The position numbers were made by a program, and so were the translations under genes. Below the pieces are notes generated by a model. That model did no database searches and was not told where the DNA came from. It saw nothing but the letters and a program-made list of their open reading frames with translations. A stretch of DNA of 64,000 nucleotides from contig OZ024743.1 in NCBI GenBank assembly GCA_964016885.1, positions 71,796,001-71,860,000 on the forward strand, in the 5' to 3' direction. How positions within the stretch are numbered: position 1 is the stretch's first letter; each line of letters opens with the position of its first letter. The stretch is from Eledone cirrhosa. Taxonomy: Eukaryota. Below, one piece after another: positions 17,130 through 30,523 of this stretch.

Positions 17130-18070
17130 ATATACAAACTATGCTGATGACGGGAAATTAGCACAGGCAATCAAGAAAGTGTCTGATGTGACATGATTTA
17201 GATGCCATATACTAATAGGCTGAAAACAATAATATGCAATTTAATGCAGGTACGTTTCAAGCACTCTGCTGCAAACCAACAAACATTGGACCACCACAAC
17301 AAGGGCACACTGGACCAAGAGAAATTGAAGTCCCAGAGTCAAAATCAATACGAGACCTGGGTATTGAGATGGGCAAGGATGCATCGTTTCATGCACACAT
17401 CAACAAAATGATGGCAATATGCAGACGACAGGTGGTTTGGATTCTGAGTGCATTCAGAACAAGAGGCTCAGAAACAATATTGATCCTCTGGAGGGCATTT
17501 GTCCTAAGTCGACTGGACTATCTCTCTAAGATGCTCCCCCCCCCCCACAGTGTCAAACGAACTGCAGTACTTGAAGCAATCCAACAAAGCTACACCAATT
17601 GTGTCAATGAAAGAAATTGATTACTGGAAGGGGCTGAAGAAATGAAAGCTTTACTCTCTGGAGCGGAGACCGGAGATATAGGTAGTCATATATATGTGGC
17701 AGATCCTGGAAGGGTCAGCATAAAACAGGACATCACTTTGTGGCGTCAAATGTCTCATCCGTCGCATGGAGAATAAGGACCACATACTGCAATAGCCTGG
17801 GGTTCAATGGATCCTAACGTTTTAAGAAGCTTGCTAAACATCTGCTACATGGTGTGCATGTAGATGTTTTCAAAAGAGATCTCGATATTCTACTGATTCA
17901 GGTCACGGCAAAACACACAGTGTGAGGTGAAGAACAAATAAGAGAAATAGCAAGAAACTCCCTTTTGCAACCAGGGAATGCTGGCTATAGAAATGTAACA
18001 TCAGTGGTGGTGCCTCAGCATTACCTAAACCTCTCGGCTGGAATGCAATTGAATAAATAAATAAATAAAA
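17130..18070 (+). mobile_element. CR1-group LINE 3' part (RT C-terminus), decayed
   Basis: LYADD, NNMQFN, RDLGI...FHAHI...ILSAFRTR...FVLSRLDY...LEAIQ, LYSLERR. (TAAA)n tail. Confidence 0.8.
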
Positions 18071-18311
18071 TACATACATATACATATATATTCATACATA
18101 AATTCATATATATGCATATATAATATATTTATACATATATACATATATATACCCCAACTATCGAGTACTCTGGCGAATAATGGTCTAACAGGTTTTTACT
18201 GCATACATTCTTATATATATATACATATATATTTCACCGCGTGAATATTTCATGAGGTGAAATATTCATTCGTGTAGCTTTTAATTTTAGGTGTTTGTCA
18301 CATTTGATCTC

Positions 18312-18398
18312 ATCTTTCGCTGATGATGCCTACGGTTATCTGTTACAAACACAATTCACAGGGCGAAACAGATTAAATATATAATCTCTCCGGGAGAT
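18312..18398 (+). ncRNA. Type I HHR (one stem III mismatch)
   Basis: ATCTTTCG-CTGATGA-TGCC...GGC-GAAA-CAGATT-AAATATAT-AATCTC-TC-CGGGAGAT. 8-bp stem I. Confidence 0.7.
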
Positions 18399-18567
18399 TG
18401 AAATGGTCAGTACATTTTACTCGTTATCCAGTATTTTCTGTTTGCTTCAGGTTAAATCTGTCAAACCATATATATATATATATCTGTCAAATCATATATA
18501 TATATATATAAACGGAAAAAATGAAACAAAATTTCATTTCTCACTCTTAGTACGGCTGGTACTTACA

Positions 18568-18935
18568 TATAAGTATGTATACGTACATACATATATATAT
18601 ACAGACGTACAGTAGTATGTATATATATATACAAACATGCCCACATATATATATGTACGTATGGATTCACCGAACATTTATTATAATGCTCGGTATGTTT
18701 GTAAACAAACATCCCGAATTAAGCCGTACAGTGTCTAGCAACCATCGTTGCTCATTTGTTCAACACTGACAAAGGAACGCTTAATTCGGGATGTTTGTTT
18801 ACAAACACACCGAGCATTATAATAAATGTTCCGTGAATCCATACGTACATATATATATGTGTGCATGGATGTATGTATATATACATACTACTGTACGTCT
18901 GTATACATATATGTATGTACGTATACATACTTATA
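18568..18935. mobile_element. Fold-back insertion (~155-bp arms) of the family at 46056-46450
   Basis: 18568-18724 is the reverse complement of 18779-18935. The spacer matches 46244-46297 in reverse. Confidence 0.85.
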
Positions 18936-18942
18936 TATATAT

Positions 18943-19318
18943 CTATCTATCTATCTAAGGCGGGTAAAATTCCCGAGATCCATGGACGGGTTCTCTCCAG
19001 CGGTCTCTGTCCATCATTATCGCTGTCATGTCCTGCATCTCCAATATACCAGTGTTTGTCCTTAGGGCATCAACATACGTTAACCTTGGTCTTCCTCTTC
19101 TAGTGTGTCCATGTAGGGGCTCCCAAAGGAGCACTGAGTGCAATGTCAACTCTGGATGTCGGTGAGCATGTCCAGCCAACCTCAGTCTCCTCTGTGTCAC
19201 TTTTGAGCTGACTTTTGGGATGCTCCCATACAGCTCTGAGTTTTTCATCCTCAGTGTATACTGATTAATGTTCAGAGCCATCCTCAGCATTCTCGTGTAG
19301 CACCCATCCACCATCTGA
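18943..19318 (-). mobile_element. RTE-group LINE 3' end
   Basis: VDGCYTRMLRMALNI...RRLRLAGH...RRGRPRLTY. (ATAG)n tail. Confidence 0.85.
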
Positions 19319-19385
19319 TATATATATAAAAGAGAAAACACAGGTAAGCATTAAGAGAAGGATTTTATCCAGGTATTTACGACCG

Positions 19386-19462
<77 letters not shown>

Positions 19463-19977
19463 ATTACATTTATAGAGTGGGAATATTTCACTTGTGGAAC
19501 CCCGATAAAGTCGTCATGCAAAATGTGTTAAATCTCTCTGTTAATTTGTCAATAAGTATATATTCCTCACAGAACTAAATTGACAAAACTATTGACAGGA
19601 AATTAATCGTAGTTTACTAATGGATATTTTATTTGTTTGTATTATTTGTAAAAATCTTCATCAACTTATAAAAGGTAGGAAAGTCATATACACACAATTC
19701 CTCTCTACTTGATTCTTCAGATTTCATGCTCAGAGAGGTTCTTTTATCACGAAGATAAATTGTCGTATGTGTCAATGTAAGATTATAACGTTGAAATTGA
19801 TTTTCATCTATTTATTAATAGTTCGTAATTAAATCATTACGGCTTCCAATGGATTACTTCTGGAGACAGCAGAAAGCCGTACGACCAAACAGTACGATTA
19901 AGTTTTAAATAATTGTTATATACGCTCTTATATACACAGACCATACAAACATACATACATGCAAACACACACATGAA

Positions 19978-20215
19978 GGCGCATGGCTTAGTGGTTAGAG
20001 CCTTGGACATGCAATCGAAAGGCTGTGAGTTCAATTCTCGGACCGGGTGATGTGTTGTTTCCTTGAGCAAGACTCAGTTTACTCAGTTGTAGAAATGAGT
20101 TGATAGAACCGGGGTCCCTATCATTAAATCACCCAAGACACCTCTAAAGAGATATACCTTGGAGGGGCCAGCTAAACATGTATAGGTGTGAGCTGTCACA
20201 CACACACACACAAAC
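19978..20215 (+). mobile_element. tRNA-derived SINE with CORE-like segment
   Basis: A box TGGCTTAGTGG, B box GAGTTCAATTC, then CCTTGAGCAAGAC, (CA)n tail. Matches 43700-43953 in reverse. Confidence 0.8.
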
Positions 20216-20409
20216 AAACGCTTCCCCAGTAATCGAGTGATTCACATTTCGATTCCTCGCAAGTGCCTATGTCCACAAGTGCCTATGTCCCGCCCCCATG
20301 AGTATTTTAACCAATTTCCTTAACTATTATTTACAGTGATCGATTACCATTATATCTTCATTTGGACGGTCACATTTTAAACTTACCCAAGGCTTCGTAA
20401 ATCAACACT

Positions 20410-20458
<49 letters not shown>

Positions 20459-20499
20459 TAGCAAAAGTACTCGGATGGAGGCCGACAATGAATGTTTAA

Positions 20500-20551
<52 letters not shown>

Positions 20552-20559
20552 AAAAAAAA

Positions 20560-20990
20560 AAAAGAAAGAGATGTCCGGAAAGGAATCCATGTTGGCCTTC
20601 ACAAAAACACTGACAGGGGGCCTGACTTGATATGTGAGACCTGTAATAGGGTTTGTCTGAGCATGGCTGGTCTAAAGAGTCAGCTGAGAGTGCACAAGAA
20701 CACGGAAGCAGGCACCTGTGGAGCTATAAGTATTCATCAGACGACGACCTGTAATGTTTGTGGAAGGGTATGCAGGTCGAGTAGTGATGTCACACGACAC
20801 CTTGGCTCACATGGTACCATGGGCCCAGCACTAGGTGTCAATAATTGCCACAAGACTAGTGTTTGTACCAGAGTTTTCAAGTCGCTTGCTGCACTAAAAA
20901 GCCACACTCGTTCAGCACATCGGTAGGGGTTCTCCTACATGGATATAAAGTAGTGGCCGTACTCGAAAACGAGTTGGCAGCCACCACGCA
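20560..20990 (+). mobile_element. RTE-clade LINE 3' end encoding tandem C2H2-like fingers
   Basis: [62 protein letters not shown]. 3' end shared with dispersed copies. Confidence 0.7.
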
Positions 20991-21004
20991 TATATATATA
21001 TATC

Positions 21005-21037
<33 letters not shown>

Positions 21038-21052
21038 GTATATATATATATG

Positions 21053-21085
<33 letters not shown>

Positions 21086-21203
21086 GTATATATATATGTA
21101 TATATATATGTATATATATATGTATATATATATGTATATATATATGTATATATATATGTATATGTATATATATATGTATATATATATATATGTATATGTA
21201 TAT

Positions 21204-21812
21204 ATGGTGGCTGCCAACTCGTTTTCGAGTACGGCCACTATTTTATATCCATGTAGGAGAACTCCTACCGATGCGCTGAACAAGTGTGACTTTTTAGTCC
21301 AGCCAGCTACTTGAAAACTCTGGTACAAACACTACACTTGTGACAATTATTGACACATAGTGCTGGGCCCTTGGTACCATGTGACGACAAGTGCAGAGGG
21401 ATCTCCAGACATAAAGCAATGCCTGTGCCGTGAAGCTTTTATAGTGAGTAAAGGCACTGCACAAAGCCAGTCCCACTCTCTTAACCAAGATGATATTTAC
21501 CAAAAAGAAGAACAAGTCAACATCATTAGATACCATCAGAGTTTCAGGTGTTATATCAGAGTTTTCCTTCTCCTAGAATTCAGCCTTGACAAAGGCTAAG
21601 GGTCATCTCTCCCGGTGATTTTTGATAGCCATTGACTCTTAACAGCTCCTTTGCCTTTTGACAAGTTTTGTTTTTAGTCCTGCAGGATGTCCAGAGTCAC
21701 CCTCCTCACCAAGAAACCTTGGTGGGGTTGCCAGTTTAGTCGCCAACAACCCGACCATGAGACAGGTTGTACTGGGATACATGTTACCAGTAGCACCAAA
21801 TGGTGACCTGAC
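21204..21812 (-). mobile_element. Non-autonomous bipartite RTE derivative, copy 2
   Basis: Colinear with 13065-13670, same termini, TA-flanked. Confidence 0.75.
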
Positions 21813-21905
21813 ATATATGTATATATATATGTATATATATATGTATATATGTATATGTATATATATATGTATATATATATATGTATATGTATATATATAT
21901 ATATG

Positions 21906-22080
<175 letters not shown>

Positions 22081-22356
22081 ATATGTTTTGTTTATATAAT
22101 TGTTTTGTTTTAAAAAAAAACAAAACAATTGATACGTTGGATATGACTATTGGTCGTTAGCATGCTCAACCAGCCGTGACGCTTAAACCAATCAGCTGTA
22201 GTAATTCAGTGAAACTACACACTGATCGGTCGAAATACAGTTTACAGGGCTTTGCATTCTGGAGCCACTTTTCTCTGTATGAAATGTATAAAAGGTAGGA
22301 AATTTACCCATCTCATTACAGTTGAAAATTGCAAACTCGACTGTCACCACATATCA

Positions 22357-22395
22357 TGAACCTGAAGATTGCGAAAGCATGAAAGTACTTGTTCA
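22357..22395 (+). ncRNA. Minimal type I HHR, intact, in repeat 22318-22550
   Basis: TGAAC-CTGAAGA-T-TGC-GAAA-GCA-T-GAAA-GTAC-TT-GTTCA. Confidence 0.85.
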
Positions 22396-22550
22396 ATTAA
22401 CACTTAGAATTTAATATTCTATCATACTATTTCACTATAATACCATTATATATATTTTAAAGGATTGTAAATAAAACGAGTAAATCAGACAAAGTTGGAA
22501 TTCCTCTTATTAATATAATCTTCTATACACAATCATACACACCCGTGTAT

Positions 22551-22605
22551 ATTTACCTATCTATATCTGTATATATATATATGTATATATATGTATATAT
22601 GTATA

Positions 22606-22654
<49 letters not shown>

Positions 22655-22719
22655 GTATATATATGTATATATATGTATATATACATATATATGTATATAT
22701 ATGTATATATGTATATATG

Positions 22720-22764
<45 letters not shown>

Positions 22765-22825
22765 GTATGTATATATGTATGTATATATATATATATATGT
22801 ATGCATATATATATATATATGTATG

Positions 22826-22861
<36 letters not shown>

Positions 22862-22943
22862 TATGTATGTATATATATATATATATATATGTATGTATAT
22901 ATATATATATATATATGTATGTATATATATATATATATGTATG

Positions 22944-22974
<31 letters not shown>

Positions 22975-22979
22975 GTATG

Positions 22980-23044
<65 letters not shown>

Positions 23045-23262
23045 GTATCTATATATATATATGTATGTATATATATATATGTATGTATATATATATATAT
23101 ATATATGTATGTATATATATATATGTATGTATATATATATATGTATGTATATATATATATGTATGTATATATATACATGTATGTATATATATATATGTAT
23201 GTATATATATATATATGTATGTATATATATATATATGTATGTATATATATATATATATATAT
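22551..23262. repeat. (TA)n array with TGTATG interruptions
   Basis: Same signature as 27686-29766. Confidence 0.97.
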
Positions 23263-23325
23263 ATAAATTATTAAAAAAATAATGAATAAACAAAGAAACA
23301 GTTCCTTATATTAAACAAAAAAAGT

Positions 23326-23466
23326 TCATTATTTTACGATCGTTTCTAGGACATATATGTTTTAGAATTGGTATGCATATTCAAAAGATCTATGTACAAA
23401 ATTATACAAACTATCAGAGAGAATATACATACCTTCACATATATATGCTGTCTTCAGAAATAATGA
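23326..23466 (-). ncRNA. Type I HHR with ~105-nt stem II domain
   Basis: TCATTATTT-CTGAAGA-[GCATATAT...ATATATGT]-GAAA-CGATCG-TA-AAATAATGA. Perfect 9-bp stem I. Confidence 0.75.
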
Positions 23467-23722
23467 TGCTTGTTTATTGATAATAACAACAATTCAAAAT
23501 AATAGGTCTGTTTGGGAACAGATTTTGAATAGACCAATGAAATAAGGATTGAGATACATAAAAATCTATCAAGAAAATACAGTTAGGTGTGTGTATATGT
23601 ATGTAAATACGCTCACAGATGTGCATAAAAGTGTATTCTCATATGTATACGTATATTGAAAAAGTGTATGTAAATATAAAAATTTAGGTCTAATGTATCC
23701 GTATGTTTATAATCAACAGACA

Positions 23723-23802
<80 letters not shown>

Positions 23803-24261
23803 ATAAACATATGGATATTGAGGCCCTCACATAAACACGCCCACACACACTTACATTTAGATGCGGAAGTAAAAGAGGTAAGGGAGTATAGTAATTAAAG
23901 GAAAGTGTCAATCTCGACATACTTATAAAAGTGTATCAATAAATTAGAAATAAAAAAAATTTTTCATAGAAGGAAAAAACTCAAAAAAAGAAGACAAAAA
24001 AGACAAAAAAAATGGGGGGGGGGGGGGGGTACGTACATAAACAGACACGCATGTCTCACAAAAGAAATATAAAAAACATAAAAGAGAGACATAAAATATA
24101 CATGCTTATATACACCGGCACATTTACACATCCATACGTTCGATACATACATACGTACACACACACACATACACATACTTACACTCACGCATATTGACCT
24201 GTTTGTATGCACACACATAAAAATAAGTAAAACATATATCCATACATATAAATATACACCC

Positions 24262-24318
<57 letters not shown>

Positions 24319-24719
24319 TACACATGTATATATACACAACCACACACACACACACACACACTCAGACATACATATATATAGAGACATACACACACATATA
24401 TACACAGTCAGACACATATACACATATATACACATACATACACATATCTCTACACATACACATACATACACATATATACATACATATATATATATATATA
24501 TACATATATATACATATACATGCGCACATATTTATTTTTATACTCACATACAAACACACAAACATACATACACACTTACATATACATACACACATCCACG
24601 CTTACAAATACATATAATTGTTGGGGGGGGGGGATTAAATTTATTAGTGGGAAATAGTAAATATATAGGTTTCAAGGAACATAGAATACTAATCTGCCGT
24701 TAAATCATTATATGTGTTT

Positions 24720-25695
24720 ACTTAGTGGTATCAGTTTTAGGAAAAGTTATTTGTATGAAGGAAGGCTAAATTATGTATTTTAATATAAGTAGAATATTAA
24801 TTATAGGTTAACTAAAATAAAAATAGTTAATATATTAATTTCTAAGGTGTATACTAATTAGGTTTATAATATTTAAAGCGGAATTTTGAAGTTAAACAGT
24901 AGTAGAGTATTAATTATAGCATAACTAAATTAAAAATAATTACATATATTTACATGATGGTATCAATTTTAGGAAATGAATTTTGTAAGAGGGAAAGCCA
25001 AATTAAGTATTTCATCGGTAGTAGATTATTAATTATAGGTTAACTAAATTAAAAATTATATATTAATTTCTATAGTATATGTTAATTAGGTTTATAATAA
25101 TTAAAGCAAAATTTTGTATTTTATCTATCGTAGAATTTTAATTATAGGTTAACTAAATTAAAATTAATCTATATATTAATTTGTAAAGTGTATATTAATT
25201 AGGTATATATTTAAAAGTTTCTCTCAGTTTATGATTACACGATATTTTGCATTTCATCTGTATTAGAATTTTAATTATAAGCTAACTAAATTAAAATTAT
25301 AGGTTAACTAAATTAAAATTAATTTATATATTAATTTCTAAATTGTATATTAATTAGGTTTATAATATTAAAAAGTATTTCTCCGTTTTTAATTACACGA
25401 TATTTTGTTGTATTTCATCTGTAAAAGAATTTTAATAATAGGTTAAATAAACTAAAATTAATCTATATATTAATTTCCAAAGTATATATTAATTAGGTTA
25501 ATAATATTTAAATGTTTTTCTCAGTTTATGATTATACGATATTTTTGAATTTCATCTGTAGTAGAATTTTAATTAAATTAAAATTATAGGTTAACTACAT
25601 TAAAATTAATTTATATATTAATTTCTAAAATATATATTATTAATTAGGTTTATAATATTTAAATGTTTTTCTCAGTTTATGATTACACGATATTA
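24720..25695. repeat. AT-rich ~145-bp minisatellite in the PLE 3' UTR
   Basis: AATTAGGTTTATAATATT...CTCAGTTTATGATTACACGATATT recurs near 25197, 25352, 25491 and 25641, with more diverged units distally. Confidence 0.8.
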
Positions 25696-27499
25696 TTAAT
25701 TCCTGTCGCTTATTTAATAGGATATCCTTAGATTTCATTATTTCAAATAGTTCTTGGGAACACAATCTACATTCATTTCTATTATTTTGATAAGGGGTGG
25801 CTCTTTTGAGCACACTCCAGGTCATATCATATTCTATATTCCTATTTCTATAACTATTAATTTTTTCTGCTAGAGATGTTGTATTAGCCAGTGCGGCATT
25901 TTTAAAACTATGTTTGTGGGTATTAAATCTTACCTTAAAATTGTTAGAAGTAGCTCCTATATATGAGCAAATAGAATCCTTAGTTTTAACTTTACATTTA
26001 TATACTATGTTGTTAACAAGACAATTTCCTTTTAATGGGCAGTTTGCCTTGTTTCTACAGTTACAACCTTTCGTTAATTCTGTATTTGAGGAGATATTAT
26101 GGCTAGTTTGATGTACTGGTGGTATACTTATGGTTTTGTTACATTTATATGCATTATAGGCACTTATATTTTGTTTTATGTTTTTGGTTGTTGAGTATAA
26201 GAGTTTAACTGTTGATCTATTTAAGATTTGATGGTATTTGTGGTTTGGCGGGAAGTTTTTCTCTAGGATATTAAAATTTTTTTTAGGTATATTATCCTTA
26301 ATTTGTAAATTAAATGGAGCATTATACCAAGTAACTCGTCTATTACGGTTTCTATGTTGTTTATTGTTTTTATAGGATGCATCCTGATGTTTACTAGGAG
26401 GATTATTGTTAATGACCTCTCCACGCACATTTTTAGTTAGATTTATTGATTTAGGTGTTTTAGCTTGTTTATTAGGAGTTTTATTATTAACATTTATTAG
26501 AGTTGTATGATGAGTAGTTTTTTGAGAGTTACTATACTTTATATTAGAGGAGTTAGAGAAATTTGGTTTTATGTTGGTATTTTGGGGTATAGTGTGAGTG
26601 GCATTTAGGTGTGTACGTTTCATTTGGTGTTTGTTGGTAATATTAGGTTGTATGTTTATAGTGTTATTGGTAGAAGGTATATATTCCAATCTATTTTTGT
26701 GGCCACTTCTAGCTAGAGCTTCGTTATAGAAGGTCGCATTTTTATCAAATACATCTTGGTTAGACGAAAGGTTAGAAATTCTAAGTGATATATTATATGC
26801 AAGGTTTTTAAGGATAGATTTAGGGTGATTAGATTGTGAGTGTATGTAGTGTAAGTTTTGGTTGGGTTTATGGTAAAGTTGGTAGATACCCGTAGCCAAG
26901 TCTAAAGTTATATCTAGGAAATTAACTACTTTACTTGTGTTTTCAAAAGTAATATCTAGACTATAATAGTCTTTAAGGAAAGTTCTAATAAGCTTTTTGT
27001 CTTTTTCTATTTCTGAGAGGCTAAGGTTGTTGGAAAGAAGAAGACAGTCATCACGATATAAACCACCTTTAAGGTGGGGAAAGGAAGCATTTATGTTAAA
27101 AAGAAGAAAGAGGCCCACAAGATCAGTAATTTGGGCAGAATCGCTTGAGCCCATAGTAATATCAAATAGATTACTATATGTGTTTCTGGTCCAGTATTCA
27201 TTCTGAAATTCAATAAGTGTTAGTCTAGCATGTGTAATAATATTAATGTCATCCAAAGTTAAATTAGATCTATTTTTAGCAAATATCAAAGCTTTGTTCA
27301 GGAGTATAGGTGATATAGAAGAATAGTAATTATCTATATCAAATTGTAGAAATGAAGCAGAAGATTTACCTCTAATATTATTAAACCAGTTAATTACCTG
27401 GGAAGTGTTTTCCCAGAGTGGTAAATTAACATGTTTTCTTATTTGTGGGATGACTCTATCTAAAATTTGTTTACTAATTATTCCAATATCTGATTTATT
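25640..27499 (-). CDS. PLE reverse transcriptase + GIY-YIG endonuclease (N-terminally truncated, uninterrupted)
   Basis: Frame open ~70 codons beyond the track start (KSDIGIISKQILD...FLQFDIDNYYSSI). Motifs FDITMGSSDSAQ, GGLYRDD, VNFLDITL, CNCRxKxxCPL, IVY..YIG, CRLC..E, LLNKR. Confidence 0.92.
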   Translation of the reverse strand, partial: NKSDIGIISKQILDRVIPQIRKHVNLPLWENTSQVINWFNNIRGKSSASFLQFDIDNYYSSISPILLNKALIFAKNRSNLTLDDINIITHARLTLIEFQNEYWTRNTYSNLFDITMGSSDSAQITDLVGLFLLFNINASFPHLKGGLYRDDCLLLSNNLSLSEIEKDKKLIRTFLKDYYSLDITFENTSKVVNFLDITLDLATGIYQLYHKPNQNLHYIHSQSNHPKSILKNLAYNISLRISNLSSNQDVFDKNATFYNEALARSGHKNRLEYIPSTNNTINIQPNITNKHQMKRTHLNATHTIPQNTNIKPNFSNSSNIKYSNSQKTTHHTTLINVNNKTPNKQAKTPKSINLTKNVRGEVINNNPPSKHQDASYKNNKQHRNRNRRVTWYNAPFNLQIKDNIPKKNFNILEKNFPPNHKYHQILNRSTVKLLYSTTKNIKQNISAYNAYKCNKTISIPPVHQTSHNISSNTELTKGCNCRNKANCPLKGNCLVNNIVYKCKVKTKDSICSYIGATSNNFKVRFNTHKHSFKNAALANTTSLAEKINSYRNRNIEYDMTWSVLKRATPYQNNRNECRLCSQELFEIMKSKDILLNKRQELIISCNHKLRKTFKYYKPN

Positions 27500-27685
27500 T
27501 AATATAAGGAACTGTTTCTTTGTTTATTCATTATTTTTTTAATAATTTATCTTGACTCTGTTTTCCGTTTATCTTTCACCGAAAGTGATTTTTGAATGCA
27601 TCTCTTCTTTTCATGATATCCGGATTACATTGAGTTCTTCATACGGATTGGACACTACCGTAAACTTTTGGTAGATGTATCTCTA

Positions 27686-27697
27686 TATATATATATG

Positions 27698-27740
<43 letters not shown>

Positions 27741-27777
27741 ATATATATATATGTATGTATATATATATATATGTATG

Positions 27778-27808
<31 letters not shown>

Positions 27809-27919
27809 ATATATATATGTATGTATATATATATATGTATGTATATATATATATATGTGTATATATATATATATATGTATGTATATATATATATGTATGT
27901 ATATATATATATATGTATG

Positions 27920-27950
<31 letters not shown>

Positions 27951-27975
27951 GTATGTATATATATATATATGTATG

Positions 27976-28036
<61 letters not shown>

Positions 28037-28041
28037 GTATG

Positions 28042-28080
<39 letters not shown>

Positions 28081-28341
28081 GTATGTATATATATATATAT
28101 ATGTATATATATATGTATGTATATATATATATATGTATGTATATATATATATATGTATGTATATATATATATATATGTATGTATATATATATATATGTAT
28201 GTATATATATATATATGTATGTATATATATATATATATTTGTATGTATATATATATATATATGTATGTATATATATATATATGTATGTATATATATATGT
28301 ATGTATATATATATATGTATGTATGTATATATATATGTATG

Positions 28342-28372
<31 letters not shown>

Positions 28373-28485
28373 ATATATATATGTATGTATATATATATAT
28401 ATGTATGTATATATATATATATGTATGTATATATATATATGTGTATGTATATATATATATGTGTAAGTATATATATATATGTATT

Positions 28486-28516
<31 letters not shown>

Positions 28517-28909
28517 GTATGTATATATATATGTATGTATATATATATATATGAATGTATATATATATATATATGTATGTATATATATATATATATATAC
28601 ATATATATATGTATATAAATAGGAACGATCGACTTTCGTCAAATCGGACCGAGGGAACAATGTTTCCGTTGGTCTTTCCAATTGCTAATACTATCTATCG
28701 GGCGCAACTCCAGGTAGAAGGAGCAACGTGAAATAAAGTGTCTTGCTCAAGGACATAACGCATCGCCTGGTCCAGGAATCGAACTCACAACGTTACGATT
28801 GCGAATCCATATATATATATGTATGTATATATATATATATATATATGTATGTATATATATATGTATATATATGTATGTATGTATGTATATATATATATAT
28901 ATATGTATG

Positions 28910-28940
<31 letters not shown>

Positions 28941-28963
28941 GTATATATATGTATGTATGTATG

Positions 28964-28994
<31 letters not shown>

Positions 28995-29105
28995 GTATAT
29001 ATATATATGTATATATGTATGTATGTATATATATATATATATGTATGTATGTATATATATATATATGTATGTATATATGTATGTATATATATATATGTAT
29101 GTATA

Positions 29106-29144
<39 letters not shown>

Positions 29145-29201
29145 ATATGTATGTATGTATATGTATATATGTATGTATGTATATATATATATATATATAT
29201 G

Positions 29202-29240
<39 letters not shown>

Positions 29241-29249
29241 ATATATATG

Positions 29250-29290
<41 letters not shown>

Positions 29291-29701
29291 ATATATATAT
29301 ATATATGTATGTATATATATATATATATATGTATGTATATATATATATATGTATGTATATATATATGTATGTATATATATATGTATGTATATATATATAT
29401 ATGTATGTATATATATATGTATGTATATATATATATGTATGTATATATATATGTATGTATATATATATGTATGTATATATATATATGTATGTATATATAT
29501 ATATATGTATGTATATATATATATGTATGTATATATATATATGTATGTATATATATATATGTATGTATATATATATGTATGTATATATATATATGTATGT
29601 ATATATATATATGTATGTATATATATATGTATGTATATATATATATGTATGTATATATATATATGTATGTATATATATATGTGTATGTATATATATATAT
29701 G

Positions 29702-29766
<65 letters not shown>
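27686..29766. repeat. (TA)n/TGTATG array interrupted by a SINE fragment
   Basis: Direct inspection. Confidence 0.95.
28620..28808 (-). mobile_element. CORE-like tRNA-SINE fragment
   Basis: GGAGCAACGTGAAATAAAGTGTCTTGCTCAAGG...GAATCGAACTCAC, shared with 43838-43910. Confidence 0.75.
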
Positions 29767-29767
<1 letters not shown>

Positions 29768-29769
<2 letters not shown>

Positions 29770-30219
29770 AGAGTTAAAGAAAATTCAATGTGTACATTAA
29801 AGAATGAGTTTTACAATAGATTGGAAGCACTCTAAAAGAAAATATTTTACAGAGTTATTAATATTAATTCCAAGTATTAACAAAATAGATATTCTTGTGA
29901 TCAATTATATTTTATTATACATATTTCAGAAGTACTGAATTATCTTCAACAGTACGTCCTCATCAGATAAAATAAAATGATACGCGACATTCCCTGACAT
30001 GGTAGATGGTTAAGATTTAATCAAGATAGAATAAAATGTGCATTTCTTTCTACCTTGATTAAATCTTAACCATCTACCATGTAAGGGTATGTCATGTATC
30101 ATTATATTTTATCTGATGATGACGAACTGTTGAAGTTAATTCAGTACCTCTAAAATATGTATAATAAAATATAATTGATCACAAGAATATCTATTTTGTT
30201 AATATTTGGAATTAATATA
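29768..30219. mobile_element. Fold-back element, ~170-bp arms, each with an HHR, plus ~90-nt one-sided tail
   Basis: 29860-30030 is the reverse complement of 30047-30219. Confidence 0.85.
29909..29973 (-). ncRNA. Type I HHR, intact core (mirror copy 30106-30170 has GAAA>AAAA)
   Basis: ATTTTAT-CTGATGA-GGACGTACTG...CAGTACTTCT-GAAA-TATGTA-TA-ATAAAAT. Confidence 0.85.
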
Positions 30220-30421
30220 TATATACATATAAAATCCTACATGTATATTCTCTCTTTTGTAATTTGGTTTTGCATTGTTCCTCATCTACCCTCGGAAGAA
30301 AGGTGTGGGGCAAACGTTATGCACTAACGTTTTCCATATTCTCAAAGCTTTAAACTAATATTAGGACTATCTTGTTTCTTGTTTTTGCTTTCATCTTCCA
30401 TTCATTTTCACCCTCTCATAT

Positions 30422-30523
<102 letters not shown>

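Larger units (their letters stand above)
23263..27685 (-). mobile_element. Young 5'-truncated PLE (Nematis-like) with inverted end and ~135-nt tail
   Basis: RT-GIY-YIG ORF, long 3' UTR, HHR near the 3' end. 27498-27549 is the reverse complement of 23263-23315. Confidence 0.9.

Noticed and set aside
17140-17165. CTGATGACGGGAAA as a hammerhead
   Set aside because: It is the YADD codons of the CR1-group RT, and stems II and III cannot form.
19978-20050. tRNA gene
   Set aside because: Imperfect cloverleaf continuing into a multicopy body and tail, so a SINE head.
20492-20926. Host C2H2 zinc-finger gene
   Set aside because: No TGEKP linkers, the start lies in TA-rich sequence, and the 3' end is shared with dispersed retro-copies.
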